Shown in pieces: positions 1 to 13,465 of a DNA stretch of 64,000 nt (positions are counted from its first letter, which is position 1; each line of letters opens with the position of its first letter). The DNA lies in the NCBI RefSeq assembly GCF_964204865.1, contig NC_135253.1, forward strand, positions 25,172,001 through 25,236,000, read 5' to 3'. The position numbers and the translations under genes were made by a program. The DNA is from Styela clava (taxonomy: Eukaryota). The notes under the pieces were generated by a model. It had not been told where the DNA came from, ran no database searches, and was given only the letters and a program-made list of their open reading frames with translations.

Positions 1-3000
1 TCACCACTATTTAGTTCGACGCTGTAATGCAGTCTTAGACACCCAACACCCCAGATGAAGTGGTAAATACGAGGTTTGAACCCGAGATATTGAACTTGTC
101 CATCATAACTAGCACTCTGTTCACGCAGAATTTCAACAACACTCTTGCAACCTCATTACCGAAAAATCTTAATATCGATGTTTTGACATGAACGCAAAAT
201 ATTTGGTTGAAACCTTAAATATCCGCCTGGAGGGCTGGATGTCATTTTTATAGTAATTCGATAGCTCAATATCTCGTAAACAGTCTCAAATATGATACTT
301 TGGCATTAAAGAAGGCAATAATGACTTGATACACCTGCGGTTGAGGACTAAACTGTATAATCTGTTATAGTTTAAAATAATATTTTCAAATATGAAATAT
401 TAAATAAAATATAAATTGATCGTGCATAACAAGGAAATTTCCAAAACTCATCATATAAATAAATATAAATTGGATATTTCAGCGCAGTGCTCAGTGGCGT
501 TTCCCTTGTGTTAATTCTTTAATGTCCGCGTATTTACTCTTAATGATCTAGTTCTAATGTAAATCAATCTAACGTACATCGAGTGGAACGAAAGATCAAC
601 CCCTTAGATCCTTACATATCTTGTTTAAATCCTTGTTCAGAGAGAATATGTGACCAGTACCTTCATAAAAACAAAATTCCATTTTAAAAATTCCGGTGCA
701 TCCGCCAAATATTACTATTTTTCTTTACTGCTATACTAGACTCCATTACTCAAGTTTTATTGCACAACACAAACTTCACAAAAGCGTGCAAGTTGAGCGG
801 AACACTGGTGTGGTTCCATTTAAGATTGAATAACAAATAGAAACAGAGTTTTTATGCGGTAGCGAAATTTCGAAATAGAGAAAGGTCGAAATGTAATGAA
901 AAAGCTTGGGACATTCAATAAATTCAATTATTAGAATCGAGTAGGAACAGAACGGATTACTATGAAATCGCAATTCATTTCACACACTTTTAAACACATC
1001 GAAAATGCCTATCAATTAAGACGCAAAAATTTTGGGTTAGAACGGTTCAAAATTTATTGGAAATAAAAACAAGTTCTTTGGAATATTCATTTGACGTCAA
1101 TATGTCGTCCATCACTTGTCGAAAACTTACTTCTTCTCAATGATTATTTCATCATAAAAAGTTTGTTTGATCACAATAGAGAATATAAAAAGTGAAAACT
1201 ATTATTTATTTTGATTACGACAAAAAATTGACACATCTGCAAAATTATGCACAGGAAGTCTGAAATGGCGCAAAATCAAAATAAATCAATTAGTTTTATA
1301 GATGACTCGATAGTTTTGGCCCGGGATGTGGTAAACTAGCAAAAGCAAAAGGGTTTTGGTTTTACTCTTCTTTTGCTGCTCTTAAGCAGTGATTTTCAAG
1401 CTGCGATCTGCGGGCTATTATGACCCGCCGAACTTTATAGTTTAATTTAATAGTTTTTAATACTTATGTTACTACATTTTCATGTTTTACTTTTCTAGAT
1501 TCTTATGTGGTTATCACGGTTTAAGCACGTGTATTCGTAACAGTTCAATTATATCGGTATCTTAAATATACGTGCCGATATTATGATTACATACGAGTCG
1601 CGCTTTCGCGGGCACTTTCCCGTTCCTGGCCCGCGAAAGTCCGCCCGCTTCTAATTTGCCCTTGCTCTAAGTCTTTGTAACTGTGTGTTATAGATCAAAA
1701 AATAGAAGCTATTCACGTATCAGCGTCTTCCCGTATAGAGCTGCCTTATAAATATCGCTTCTCTGAAAATCACGCGGCTTCTAGTCCACATCCATGTTTT
1801 GAGCGTGTTCCGTATCAATTTTGTTACGTCAATCTAAAGTAACTTGCCTAAAGCCACGTTAGTAGCATACTTCCTTTATACGTGGAAACCAGCGCAGATG
1901 CACGCATATCCGATCGATCAAACATATTTGTGAAGTTAGATATGAAACTTGATTTGATTCATGGTTCGCTATTGTTTGTTTTGCTAAATGCTTTCTGTCA
2001 CGGAATATCATGAAAAATTATGTGATGCTTCTGATATTTAATTCCTGACACACTGACTTGATTAAAATGCAATTTTGCAAGTTAGATCACTTTTAAAATC
2101 ACGCATCTATTAAATGGTCAACTATTCCCGCAGTCGGGACGAGAGAACATGGTTCGTCATATGATTAAGTAGTACCGTCGGCTTTCCTTTTCCCGGAATA
2201 AATATGAAAATAATATCCTACTTTTATTCCTAATCCCCAAAATTGTTTGTAAATCCTTGGCTCATAACAAATTGAGTTGGCAATGCTGAAACAGAAAGTT
2301 TTATGTTCCGCGAAAATTATCATTCGGCTCCATAAATATCAATGGAAGCTTGTATACAGCGTTATTTGGAGTAAATTGGTGAAAAGAATAAAAATGAGAT
2401 AAATAGTGCCCAAGGCTGATGCTTGGCTAATAGCAGAATTTCATACCTGACAAAACTAGATTTAATTAACTTTAATAACATTTAGCTTCCCTTGCTTATT
2501 GCTTCAAAATTTCTGAGTTAGGCTATTCTCTTACAAAAAAAAATCTTATATCTGGATAAAGCTGAACTGTGTCTCAACGAAACATTCGTAATACTCTACC
2601 GTGTCGCCAAAGTGTTTTATTCTTATTGATTCACTCCGCGACGTCAATGTCCAATTACTCCGCGATTACCGGATCAAGATTTAATCTGATTCGATTTTGC
2701 CAGGTAATAACGCTAACACTTGGTAAAACTTCAATAAAAACTTAGCGATGACGACTAAGTGGTCTCGGTAATTTGTGGGCGCGTTCAGTTTAACTGTATT
2801 GGCGTCGTACGTTGAATATCTTAGGCTAAAATACTATACTCACAACTTCAACCAATGTGCAATAAATTAAGTGGAAAATATATAGCATGCATGTCTTTAC
2901 GAATATACCCCACTCCAAATACTTCATTTAAAATTGCATGGCGCGCGTCTTTACTGCTAGAATGATAAAAACACATTTCTGGGCTTTAAAAATTACCAAA

Positions 3001-4405
3001 ATCGCCCTGTGTGTCACTTCATTTTCGCTTCAGAAAATCGAAATTTAATTGAAAGTTAGCAGTTATTCGACTTTCATTTCGACTATTTCTCAGTTGAAAC
3101 AATAAAATTAGCCCCCTCCTGACAGAACAACATACACTGCCCTTTGAAAATCACTTGAATTGCATCACGTTTTTAGCTCCAGAAGATCGGGATTAGAACA
3201 AAATTAGGCAAGATTTTGAATATTTGCTGAAATTCAATCATAGCAATATCGTTCATTTTTAATAATATAATTTTCCTACTTTCCTACTTCTGGGCAGTAA
3301 AAATCACCACCAAAGTCGCAGTATTAGTTGCTTTAGCTTTGACACGAATCTAAATTTTGTAGAATTCACCCCGATAGACCCAAGATCTAACTGCTAAAGT
3401 GCTAACGTCTACACGACACGTATTTTTTAAAAATGCCCGATCACCCAGATAGATAAATCGTTTTCTATTGTTCAGCTATTTGTAAAATAATAAACGATTT
3501 ATCCTCCAGGTTATACAATGTGGCTTTGTTTGCAAACAATAATGCAGTTATCGCATATTTCATCTTTAGGCAGCCAGCTTAGAGTGGAAAATTTAAAGAT
3601 TCACTGGATTTATTAACTAATATTTAAAGCGTTGAAATTTACCGTTTCAGCGACTCATGTTTTTGAACAGAATTTGTCCATAAATAATTGCGGGCACTCA
3701 CCTAAAGGTAAATGTAATTCACCCATATTTGGGAGAAAAGTTATTTACTTATCCATTACATTTCGCCTATAATCTGGTAATGTTACTGGTCAATTCGTGC
3801 GCACTCATTCAGAAGTATTGGAGAGTTTTCTTTGAGCAACCTATACAACTGCTCATAAAATCCCGCTTCATGTATTAGCCCTTCCATGCTCCATACCCAC
3901 TATTATCCTAGAGCGTTGTTCAAAGCGAAAGTGCGAAACAAGCTCTACAGCAAAACACAATGTTTGAAATTCTTAAATGTTTAATAGATCCAATCACGTT
4001 GGTCTATAATAATTTATATAAAGCTTAGTCATGACACTTTCGTTCTGGAATAAATTTGAACCTTAAAAACGTAATGTCAAATGAACTGAGTGGACTTCCT
4101 TCCGGGTTCACCCGAATTGATACATTTCCGTCTTCACTAATTCTGAATTTAATTATAATATGTCACATTTCTTGAGATCTATATCTAAAAATAAATTTCT
4201 AAATGTATAGCTGTACAAAGGCCAATATCCAACTCCGACTTTCTGCCAGCAATTGTTATTGCATAGCAAAATTTTAAGTGCGATTTTGAAATTATTTAAT
4301 ATATGAATTGGGGTTACGCTATAGCTAGTTTGCCTTTGTGTCAGTAGTCCGTATGCGTGTATTTAATGCAAGCATACCATAACAAAAGTGAAGACTACGC
4401 CTGCC

Positions 4406-4536
4406 GGTACTTCCGAAGTATGCGAAACAAGATGGCGGACACTGGAATGTAGTATGTGTACCAGGTTAAGGTTAGGCCATAATTTCTCGTACTAATACGG
4501 TGTCCGCAATCTTGGTTCACATACTTCGGGAATACT
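4406..4536. mobile_element. Palindromic MITE family A (GG-start termini, ~8-bp TSD; Merlin- or hAT-like)
   Basis: TIRs GGTACTTCCGAAGTATGCGAAACAAGATGGCGGACAC / GTGTCCGCAATCTTGGTTCACATACTTCGGGAATAC; flanked by CGCCTGCC on both sides. Confidence 0.8.
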
Positions 4537-5549
4537 CGCCTGCCTGCTATCAGTGCGCACATTCTGACAGAATTTGTTCTTGGAAATATCTACACACACA
4601 CTTCATTTGGGAATCACTACCATTACCCACTCTCTTCCACAAAGATATGATGGATCTTGGAATATGCTTCTTACACAAGTATCGACACGGCAGGACAAGC
4701 CATCCCATCATGCTACCTAGATATTTTCTGTTTTGCTTTAAACAATCCTTTCTATCTCCGCTAGACTACTGTTCCATTTCACAAACTCAGGTCAAAACAT
4801 GGTGACATTCTCTTTTATTATTGTCTTATATAATTTTTTTTCGCAAGTTTGAGGCGTTGCATATATATGCTTATGTCAGATTGGGAACAAACAAATATAT
4901 TTATCATTGTTTCTTATTTCCTGTTTATGACGACATAGGTAGCTTGCGGATCAAAAAATATCATTCTAATCGATGACGTAATAATGTTGAATAAGTTTAA
5001 CGCGGGAAAAATTGTCTCGGTTGCAGATTGGTTCCGCCAGAGATAACATCGCAGTAGAGAGGTCACGGTCTGATCAAAGATGCAGAAGTTTGAGTTTTTA
5101 TTTCAAAACATGACCGGCTCTCTTTTTCTAAATTTATGTTTTAATAATGAGAAAATACTTGACGGTTGACTATATTTAAATTGTATTCTAATAAAATCAT
5201 TGACCAATACATGTGTATTAAATGACGTAACAACATTATTAAACACTGATTAAAATAAAACAAACCTGGTTAAGATATATTGAGAACAGACTTCATAAAG
5301 AAATTATTCTTCCTCTTCCTAATTAGGAACGCCTTAAAAGTTAGTTGTAAACGCCTTACTCCCTTCTTGATGATCAAATCAAGTTTCTTACAATGGCACC
5401 TGTCATTGGGACGTCATAACTTCATAGTTTTTACTGATTAAATGCAATTGAAGTGATTCCTATTTTGCGGCAACCGTTATTTACTAATGTGCACTTTGTG
5501 CTATAATTCTGTATAGTCTCAGTGCCCCTTGACATTTCAGGGATTGCCC

Positions 5550-5970
5550 CTAACTTTGCCCAGAGATGAGTTTTCGTTACTCCTGAGTGAGTGCATGTAA
5601 CTTTGCCCAGGGATGAGTCTCCTTAATTACTGAGTGAGTGCCCGCAACTTGGCTCAGAAATGAGTCTCTTTTACTTTTAAATGAGTGCCCGTAACTTTGC
5701 TCAGAAATGAGTCTCCTTTACTTCTGAGTGAGTGCCTGTAACTTTGCTCAGAAATGAGTCTCCTTTACTACTGAGTGAGTGCCTGTAACTTTGCTCAGAG
5801 ATGAGTCTCTTTTACTTCTGAGTGAGTGCCCGGAGTTTTGGTCAGAGATGAGTCTCTTTTACTTCTGAGTGAGTGCCCGGAATTTTTCTCAAAGATGACT
5901 CTCCTCTACTTTTGAGTGAGTGGGCGTAATTTGCTCAGAGATAATTCTCCTTTACTTCTGGGTGAGTGCG
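5550..5970. repeat. 47-bp minisatellite, about 9 copies
   Basis: Unit AACTTTGCTCAGAAATGAGTCTCCTTTACTTCTGAGTGAGTGCCTGT starting at 5552, 5599, 5646, 5693 and onward; related units at ~43730-43800 and ~46190-46285. Confidence 0.92.
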
Positions 5971-8028
5971 CATATCGCACCAACATAATTCTATTTAGTT
6001 TCAGTGACTTTTGTTACTACAGTGGTCTTTCTTGACTTAGTTCAAATATGACTTTCACTTTTGGACGGGTGTGACCGTAATTCAATCAAACTCTGTTGAA
6101 TAAATCTATTCATGATTTATTTCAGCTACGCCCCTTTTAACATTTATTATTAAACTTGTCTAATTTTACTTTACTTGGCAAAATCATTTTTAAATTGAAT
6201 ATTTTATTGCATGACTTGGCAAAATAATAGGTTTTGACAGATTTTGAAACTTTTTTTGTTAAAAATAACTTTCGCTAATTTGTCTACGTCATGTTGAATT
6301 TCGCGGTGATCAATCTAAGAAACGCTCTGTCATACAAAGGTCACAATGATTGTGTAATACCCGTTTCCGGTCATGCGTGAATGCATTTCATTCGGTAAAT
6401 AATGCTGTATAAGACTTAAATGTTTCTCATCATGCATGACTGTATTTTATTCGTTAAATAATGCTGCCCAACAAATACCTCCAATTTTATTGTTCCGCAT
6501 ACTAATAAATCAGAAAGCAGCGGAACAATGTATTTTTCTGGATTCTAGTTTTGGTTTCGATCTCCTAATTCAAAGTTTAGCTGTTTTTAGAATTAATCAA
6601 TCTCCTACTTATTTTATATATAGCCCAATACATATTTAAAACCTTAGGTGTGAGTCAGCAACCTCACTCGATGACTTACTTAAACTTAAATCCGTAAACA
6701 AACACAGGCGCCGAAAAATATTTTAAAGCTATTTAGTGAGAATTCGTCAGTGCTGTGTGTTTTTACGCCCAGCAATCATCAGCCACACATTGTTTCAAAA
6801 AAATAAAATATAAAGAAAACTTTTGATGAACCCCGAGCATCTATTTCCTTGTTTATTTCCGTAACAATTACAAATCAACAATGGGTTGACAATGACGCAA
6901 CAATTGGAATTCACGCCGTCACTCAGGCACTTCTTTTGCTCAGACAGATATTTAATCGTGGTTGTAAACATTGCCTCGTCTTCATAGTTTCGCGTGGTAT
7001 TTGTCAGTTGTTGTGTTTCCCAAAATCAGGTGTAAACAAATGACTCAATTATCATCACGCTTTCCGAGGAACCCACAATTCTCAAAAATTGATACACTGC
7101 GATAAACAATCAAAAAATTAGCTATCAGTACCTGTAAGCGGTATACGCAGTTAAATGTTTTGAATAAAAATGATAGTTTTGGACAAATGATTCAGTTTGT
7201 AAGCGCCAATTCTCTAAAACCCTCTCAAAATCAGCGTTGAAAATTTTGCAATGATGAAGCATAGGGAAAATCTTTCAGGGGTCAAGGGTCGAGGGAACGT
7301 CCATTGGAGTCGTACGACATTGTGAAAATTGTGATGGCATAGGTCGAAAAGTCAAGGCTAAACTAAACAAGCATTACGAGGAAAATTACGAAGCAGAACG
7401 AAAATGTTGGAAAAACGTTCACTTGCTCAAGATCCAAATTTTAATTTCGATGACGTCATCGGTATATGACGTCATAAAATGCGAAAAGCACCAAATTATA
7501 TTATTGAACTGTCAAACTTTTGTGAGTATTCATGAATTCGAAAGTACAGTTTCTCGCTAAGTGATAAGAAGTATCAATGACATCATCATCATATGACGTC
7601 ATAAAAGGACCGTTGATGAACAATCCACCGAGAATAGGAATTAGCTAACGTGTTTTCGAAGTCCGAGCGTGCTGGAATGCCAGTTTGAATATTCATCATT
7701 TGTGTGTTATGCTTGGAATTTATCAGATTTGAGCAGAAGAAAACGAAATGAGTAAATGACCATAATCCTGTATAGTTTCAGACGATGACATTTCCGTGGT
7801 CGCCCGTGTCTTTGCTCAGATATCAATCTCCTAAACTTCTGAGTAAATGTACGTGGCATTGCTCTGAGCATACTTTCTTTAAAAAACAAGCTTACGTGCT
7901 TCGACTGTTGTTTTATTATTGTACTGAACTACATAATATTGTTTTTCATTAAATAATACGAAATAACAATAACGTCATAGAAAGAGTTCACACGTCGCAA
8001 AACTAAGCATGTACAAATATGACAATTT

Positions 8029-8138
8029 GGACCTCCTGAAGTATGCGCACCAAGATGACGCACAACCTGAACTCCGGTTGTGTACCAGGTTAGTGTTCAG
8101 GTTATGCGACATCTTGGTGCGCATATTTCAGGAGCACC
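8029..8138. mobile_element. MITE family A copy
   Basis: Same TIR (CTCCTGAAGTATGCGCACCAAGATGACGCACAACCTGAAC and its inverse); flanks GACAATTT/GACAATTC. Confidence 0.8.
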
Positions 8139-9115
8139 GACAATTCGTAATATCATCCAATTATTAATCAGTTTTGGATGTTTCTTTTTATCTTAGGGAC
8201 ATGTTGGTTCAACGTTTCCCGATCGGGGAGTGATTTTAATGTCGTTAGAAAGGAAATTTTACTTTTCATTTATTTGTAGAAAAACTAATAATTTCATTTA
8301 TTAGGTATCATAGTGATGCATATACGGGATGTCCAAAAATGTCGCCCGATGTAATAGTAATAAAAATTTTAAAATTTCTTCGTCTTTGTTTATTAATATT
8401 TCTTATTGTTCTTGTAGTCATTTATCATACAATAAAATTTATTTAAACTTGCAATTGTTATTACTATAAAATCGGACACCCTGTATGCATTCAATATCAA
8501 CCATTCAAAATGTTCAAAATACAGTTTAAAAGACAAAGTTGCACAAATCACAAACAAATGTTGCGCTGAAGAATGAATAACAAATTCAAACACAGTCTCT
8601 TAACGTACTGGGTGACGAATTAAGAGCTTAAAAATAGGCTAGATCGGAAATCGCTGTGTAAGGTGGTCACCCCACCTCTATGACCTTAATTTAATGGTTG
8701 GGCGATAACAAGATATCATCGATGTCCGCATAGACAAAATGCTGTATTCATCATAAACCAAGCCCTGTAGCGTTGGGAATATGGAGATTCAATTTCTGAA
8801 GGAGATAATAAGCATAAAACAGCAAACATGTCCTGGTTAGCAGACGTCAGGTTTGCCAGGTTTTTGTGGCTTTGCATGGGAATAAATATAGCTTTGGCGC
8901 GAGGCGATTGCGTCAAATCAGCATTTACTATCAGCATGCTTCTTTTAATTAATCGAGAGTTCGTGATTCTGTTTCGAGTAAACTCAATTCAAAAACTATA
9001 CATCATTGAACACTTTCAAATAATCCTTCGGCACTTCTGCTTCTTTAGGTCGAGATCTCGCAGACTTACACGAGTAAGCCTGTGCTATACAGCTCTCATT
9101 AGGACTGTGATTCGC

Positions 9116-9317
9116 GGTTCCGTTACATTTGAACCCACGTACATTTGAACTCATGACAATTGCACCTGCCTACTATTGCACCTATTAATTTTTTTTGTTT
9201 CACGTATATTTTAACCCACACTAACCCTAACCCATGGGTTTTAGCACCCGCATATAGATTGAACCCGTGGATATACACATGGGTTCAAATGTACGTGGGT
9301 TCAAATGTCCGGTCATC
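9116..9317. mobile_element. Mutator-like palindromic MITE
   Basis: Arms ACATTTGAACCCACGTACATTTGAAC / GTTCAAATGTACGTGGGTTCAAATGT; internal CTAACCCTAACCC; 9-bp flanks GTGATTCGC/GTGCTTCGC. Confidence 0.7.
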
Positions 9318-10357
9318 GTGCTTCGCAACTCGTCTCTCAATTCTTTTTCGCACCTTTAGTAAAAACTCTATAATGAGCAAATTTGCCTGAAATATTAACG
9401 TTCGAAAATACTATTTATTTCGAGCGAGCTGAACCACACTGACAATTATTATTGTAATAAAGTAGAACGTGGGCGGTAGGAATTCCTCCCGAGAGTTGGA
9501 AATGTTTTGAATTTAAAAAATATTCTTTAATTAAGTCAAATTTATCTATCGTTTTAAAATGCCTATTATTTAATTGAGTTACTTTTTTGAGAAAAAATGT
9601 ACCACGTTTTCTGTGTTTTACGAGATACCTTTCCTAAATTTAAAATGAAAAGACGAATACGCGAGAAACCAAAATGATATTAAATTTATACTAATTGTTG
9701 TTGTAAGGTGGTAGAGGCAGGCGGTAGAATATCTTCACGGGAGCTAGAAATGCGTGGGAGATAGGTTAAATCCTGTTTTAAATTTGAATAGTAAATCGTT
9801 AATTAACTCTAAGATCGTAATCAGCAATAACTTTTTTCTTTTTTGAGCAAGCATAGCCAAACCGCAATTATTATTATTACCATTCCTGAGAGTTGAAGAT
9901 GTTTTGGATTTAAAAACATATTTGCGGAATAAGGCTTTATCTTAATCAACATTAACTAAGAAAAACTAAATTTACTTTTCAATATATATTGAATATTTTT
10001 GTTATAAGGTGAAGGCCGATAGTAGAAGCTTCCCTGGGAGCGAGAGATTTGTTTGAGTTAGGTTATATCGTGTTTTAAAATTGAAAAAAAAAAATAATTA
10101 CCGTAATCAGTGAATTTTATTAAAAATGAAAATTGTTCATTAGGAGCTAAGGACCGGAAAATACCAATATTTATTCCAAAAAAAAATGATAAAATCTAAC
10201 AATCTAAAACTGACGTTAATAAGCAATTTTTCTGTCAAAAAATCAAATGTATGTCGCCAGTAAACTTCAAGAAAATACTAATTCACTAAAAAATACACAA
10301 CATATCTTAATTCAAATATCACACATCTATCTGGCTATTATATAGCGAAGTCTATAA

Positions 10358-10640
10358 CAAGGGGTCGGCAAGGTTTCTAGACCAAGGGCCAAAAATTTTG
10401 CTCACCTAGACTGGCGGGCCATGTGAGTGTGACGTAAAAAGTTGCATTTTATGAACAATATTTAGAGTGTTACAAAAACAAAAATTGGAAAACAGTAAGT
10501 CTCTCGCCAAAACTGAATTTAATCGCAATCTCAACAAATTCTGTAAGTTATTTTTCAGCCAAAAGATCAAAATTTGGGTTCAATTTGGTTATGTTAGCAT
10601 CAGGCGTGCTAGATTGAATTACCCAACGGACTGATTTTTG
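10358..10640 (-). mobile_element. hAT (Charlie-like) non-autonomous element family B, inverted partial copy
   Basis: Reverse-complement match to 29390-29689 (GGCGGGCCATGTGAGTGTGACGTAAAAAGTTGCATTTTATGAACAATATTT). Confidence 0.75.
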
Positions 10641-11620
10641 CTGTCTATCTACGTATACGTATAAAATATTACAACAATGATGAAGCTTTCGACCGCTTCT
10701 AAAATTTATGGAAACTGTCTGAAATTACTGCCAGAGAATAGCAGTTTTCTGCGCACGGGTCTATGAAATTTAAACATTCTAACACTATATAAGCGATATA
10801 CTTTAAGAATGTGTGGGAGTCGGAACCCGATCTGAATAATCCCAAAATTACTTGCGTTAATGAAAAGAGAGCCTACTGCGTATCATATTCGTATGCAAAT
10901 TATGTATCGAATTTTACCGCATTGGAAATATTTCACCCCTGCGTGTCAGACTCATGAATATGTCTTGCCAAAAGTTAACACGACTGGTGAGTCAGACGGA
11001 TAGATGAGATGTGGTGCAAAAATTAACAGTTCATCATTTGAGTAATGACATTACGTCACGAATCTACAACCCCCATGTACTCATCGCCAATAACAAAGCT
11101 CTCAGGACACTGTGCGGAATTGTCCGGCGCCATTAAGAAAGTACGTTGACCCGATTTGTGTGGATTTTTAAATTAATATTCATGTGGATGTAAATCTTAA
11201 TACGAGACCCAGTACGTGCGCTGAAAAGGGATTCTCCAATAATCCGCTGTGTAGGGTATCAGACGATTATTTTGTTTGTAAAAATCGTGACAAGAGTTGA
11301 GCTCGAAGTTTCAGACACTAGGCCACACCGGTATCCATCTCATCCGGCATCGCGTACTTGATTAACTAAATGTTCAACGCCATCACAGTCAGTGACACAG
11401 TACTGACACGAGGTTTGAGCTTGACGTCTCAAACGCTGAACCACACATTATTGAGATGTGGCGGAGTGTAACTGCGAAACAGGGATTTGTACGATTCGGC
11501 AGTTATTCTCCTTAATAAATTAATCTTTGGATTACACAGCCAACACGAATTTTCGAGACACTGTAGAAAAAGGCCAGTTTAAGGTTATCTCATTAGAATA
11601 CAACTAAAATATACATTAGA

Positions 11621-11928
11621 CAGGGGTGCACAACTCAAATGAGGACTTGTGCCAAATTTTTCTAAATAATCTTGTTGCGTGCCACACTAATCGTTGGTAT
11701 TGTAAATTAACCCCCGTAAAACACACATCAGACAAATTTCAATAATAATATCGAATATCTATTGATTGGAACAATTTAATGTCTTGAACAACAGCTGATT
11801 TTGATATAAACGTGGTATTTCAATGTATATCATGAATACAATTTTTTTTTTACAAAACCGTTCGTGTGCCACGTTTGAGCATATGACGTGCCAAATTTGG
11901 CACGCGTGCCCCGTGTTGTGCCCCCCTG
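11621..11928. mobile_element. hAT (Charlie-like) MITE
   Basis: Termini CAGGGGTGCACAAC ... GTTGTGCCCCCCTG. Confidence 0.7.
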
Positions 11929-12054
11929 CACTAGAATATCCAACTGTTCACATACAACTCAAAATATACAATATCGTGCAGAAATTTCAAGCGCGATTGA
12001 AAAAAAAGGGACCAGATTTAAGCGCATTTTTAAACTACGTGACATGGCTAAGCT

Positions 12055-13465
12055 TGGGGTGTAATACGTGAATTCACCACGTGCACAGTGAAAATATTCT
12101 CAATCCCCTTGCGGCTAGATATTAAGTGAAACTCATATTTCTAAAACCGAAAGAAACATTTCTCCCTAAAAATCGTTTTTTCGACCCGATTCGAAGAATA
12201 GAGTTTTATATTTAGACTTTAGAAAACAATTCACTCATTTCTCATAACTACGTCATTTGGTCGTCACCTTTAGATCGTGATTTTAAAAATGATTTCTTTG
12301 TGCACGGTTTATTATTATGAAACAAATGTTATTGTTTTTCTGTATATCTTAGTACTAGTCTTTATGTGGATGCAATGCGTAGATCACGATCACTTGTGGT
12401 GTGGATTATCGAACAGTGTTTTATTTCGAAAAGGACATTTCTCATTATAAATCGTGCCAGAAGTTAATGCCTAAGCTGCAACCACTGGGTCACAGCATGT
12501 TTCCCACTGGCATTAAGGTTCCAAAATCTATAACAGCCACTTTTTTGGTTCGGCACAAAGCCAACCCAATCGACCTAATCAACCTCTAGTCAACGACGCC
12601 CACACAGTCGGACCTGACGAACTAACACGGCAATCGCGCTTGCATATACTTATCACATGTAGACAGGTTCTTGGGACACTGTACACAGTACACACCAGTG
12701 GTTCTGCCCTTCTATGGCTCGTGGCCGCTTCCGGGGGCTTTTAGCACTCATGCCCCACTGTTTATCATTCCAATGGCATTTATGGTGTTATTTTGATTGG
12801 TAGATTTATTTATGTTTTAAACAATTTATGCTCGGAAAGGTCAAAACACATAGAATAATGGGCGCTCCCGAAGTATGTGCACCTAGATGGCGCACAACCT
12901 AAACTCTAACCTGGTACCCATACTATGTTCAGGTTGTGCGTCTTCTTGGTGCACATACTTCTGGAGGTTCAAAAAATGATCTTATCCAGCAAGGAAACTA
13001 GGAAGAACGGGATGTTCACGGGCTCCCGGCTGGGAACCGCCAGTATAGGAGAAGGCATGTTACAGGTTGTTACACGTGAATAGCTTACTTTCAGAATGTA
13101 AAACCCTTTGAAAAGGTATTCTCGCTTGATTAGAAAAAGTGACTTGATTTGCAAGTATTTTCGTGACTCGGTGGTGTAATACGTGAATTCCTGCGTAGTG
13201 TTAGGCACCAAACGAATGTTTATATTTAAACTCGAAAGGGACATTTCTCTCTAAATATCGTTTTCCCCTTGTCAAACAACTCAATCTCAAAATACTTTGG
13301 TATATATTTCGATTTTTTAGTAAAATATTTTCAATGCCGGTTCGAAAGATCACTTTTTTCTCGTAATTACGTCATCAAGACGTCACAATCAGATCGTGTT
13401 TTTGAAAATTAATGCATTGTTCGTGATGTATTATTATTAAACAAATAGATGCGTGGTATTGTTTT
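12055..13465. repeat. Diverged ~290-bp direct repeat pair (about 12055-12345 and 13170-13465)
   Basis: Shared GGTGTAATACGTGAATTC, CGAAAG..ACATTTCTC.CTAAA.ATCGTTTT, TACGTCAT...CGTCAC...AGATCGTG.TTTT. Confidence 0.7.
12861..12970. mobile_element. MITE family A copy
   Basis: GGCGCTCCCGAAGTATGTGCACCTAGATGGCGCACAACCT ... inverse repeat. Confidence 0.78.

Noticed and set aside
5550-5970. Regularly spaced repeats resembling a CRISPR array
   Set aside because: These are contiguous tandem units without unique spacers, there are no cas genes, and the context is eukaryotic.
8828-9148. ORF with signal-peptide-like start MSWLADVRFARFLWLCMGINIALARG
   Set aside because: No recognisable domain or downstream exons, and it runs into a MITE.
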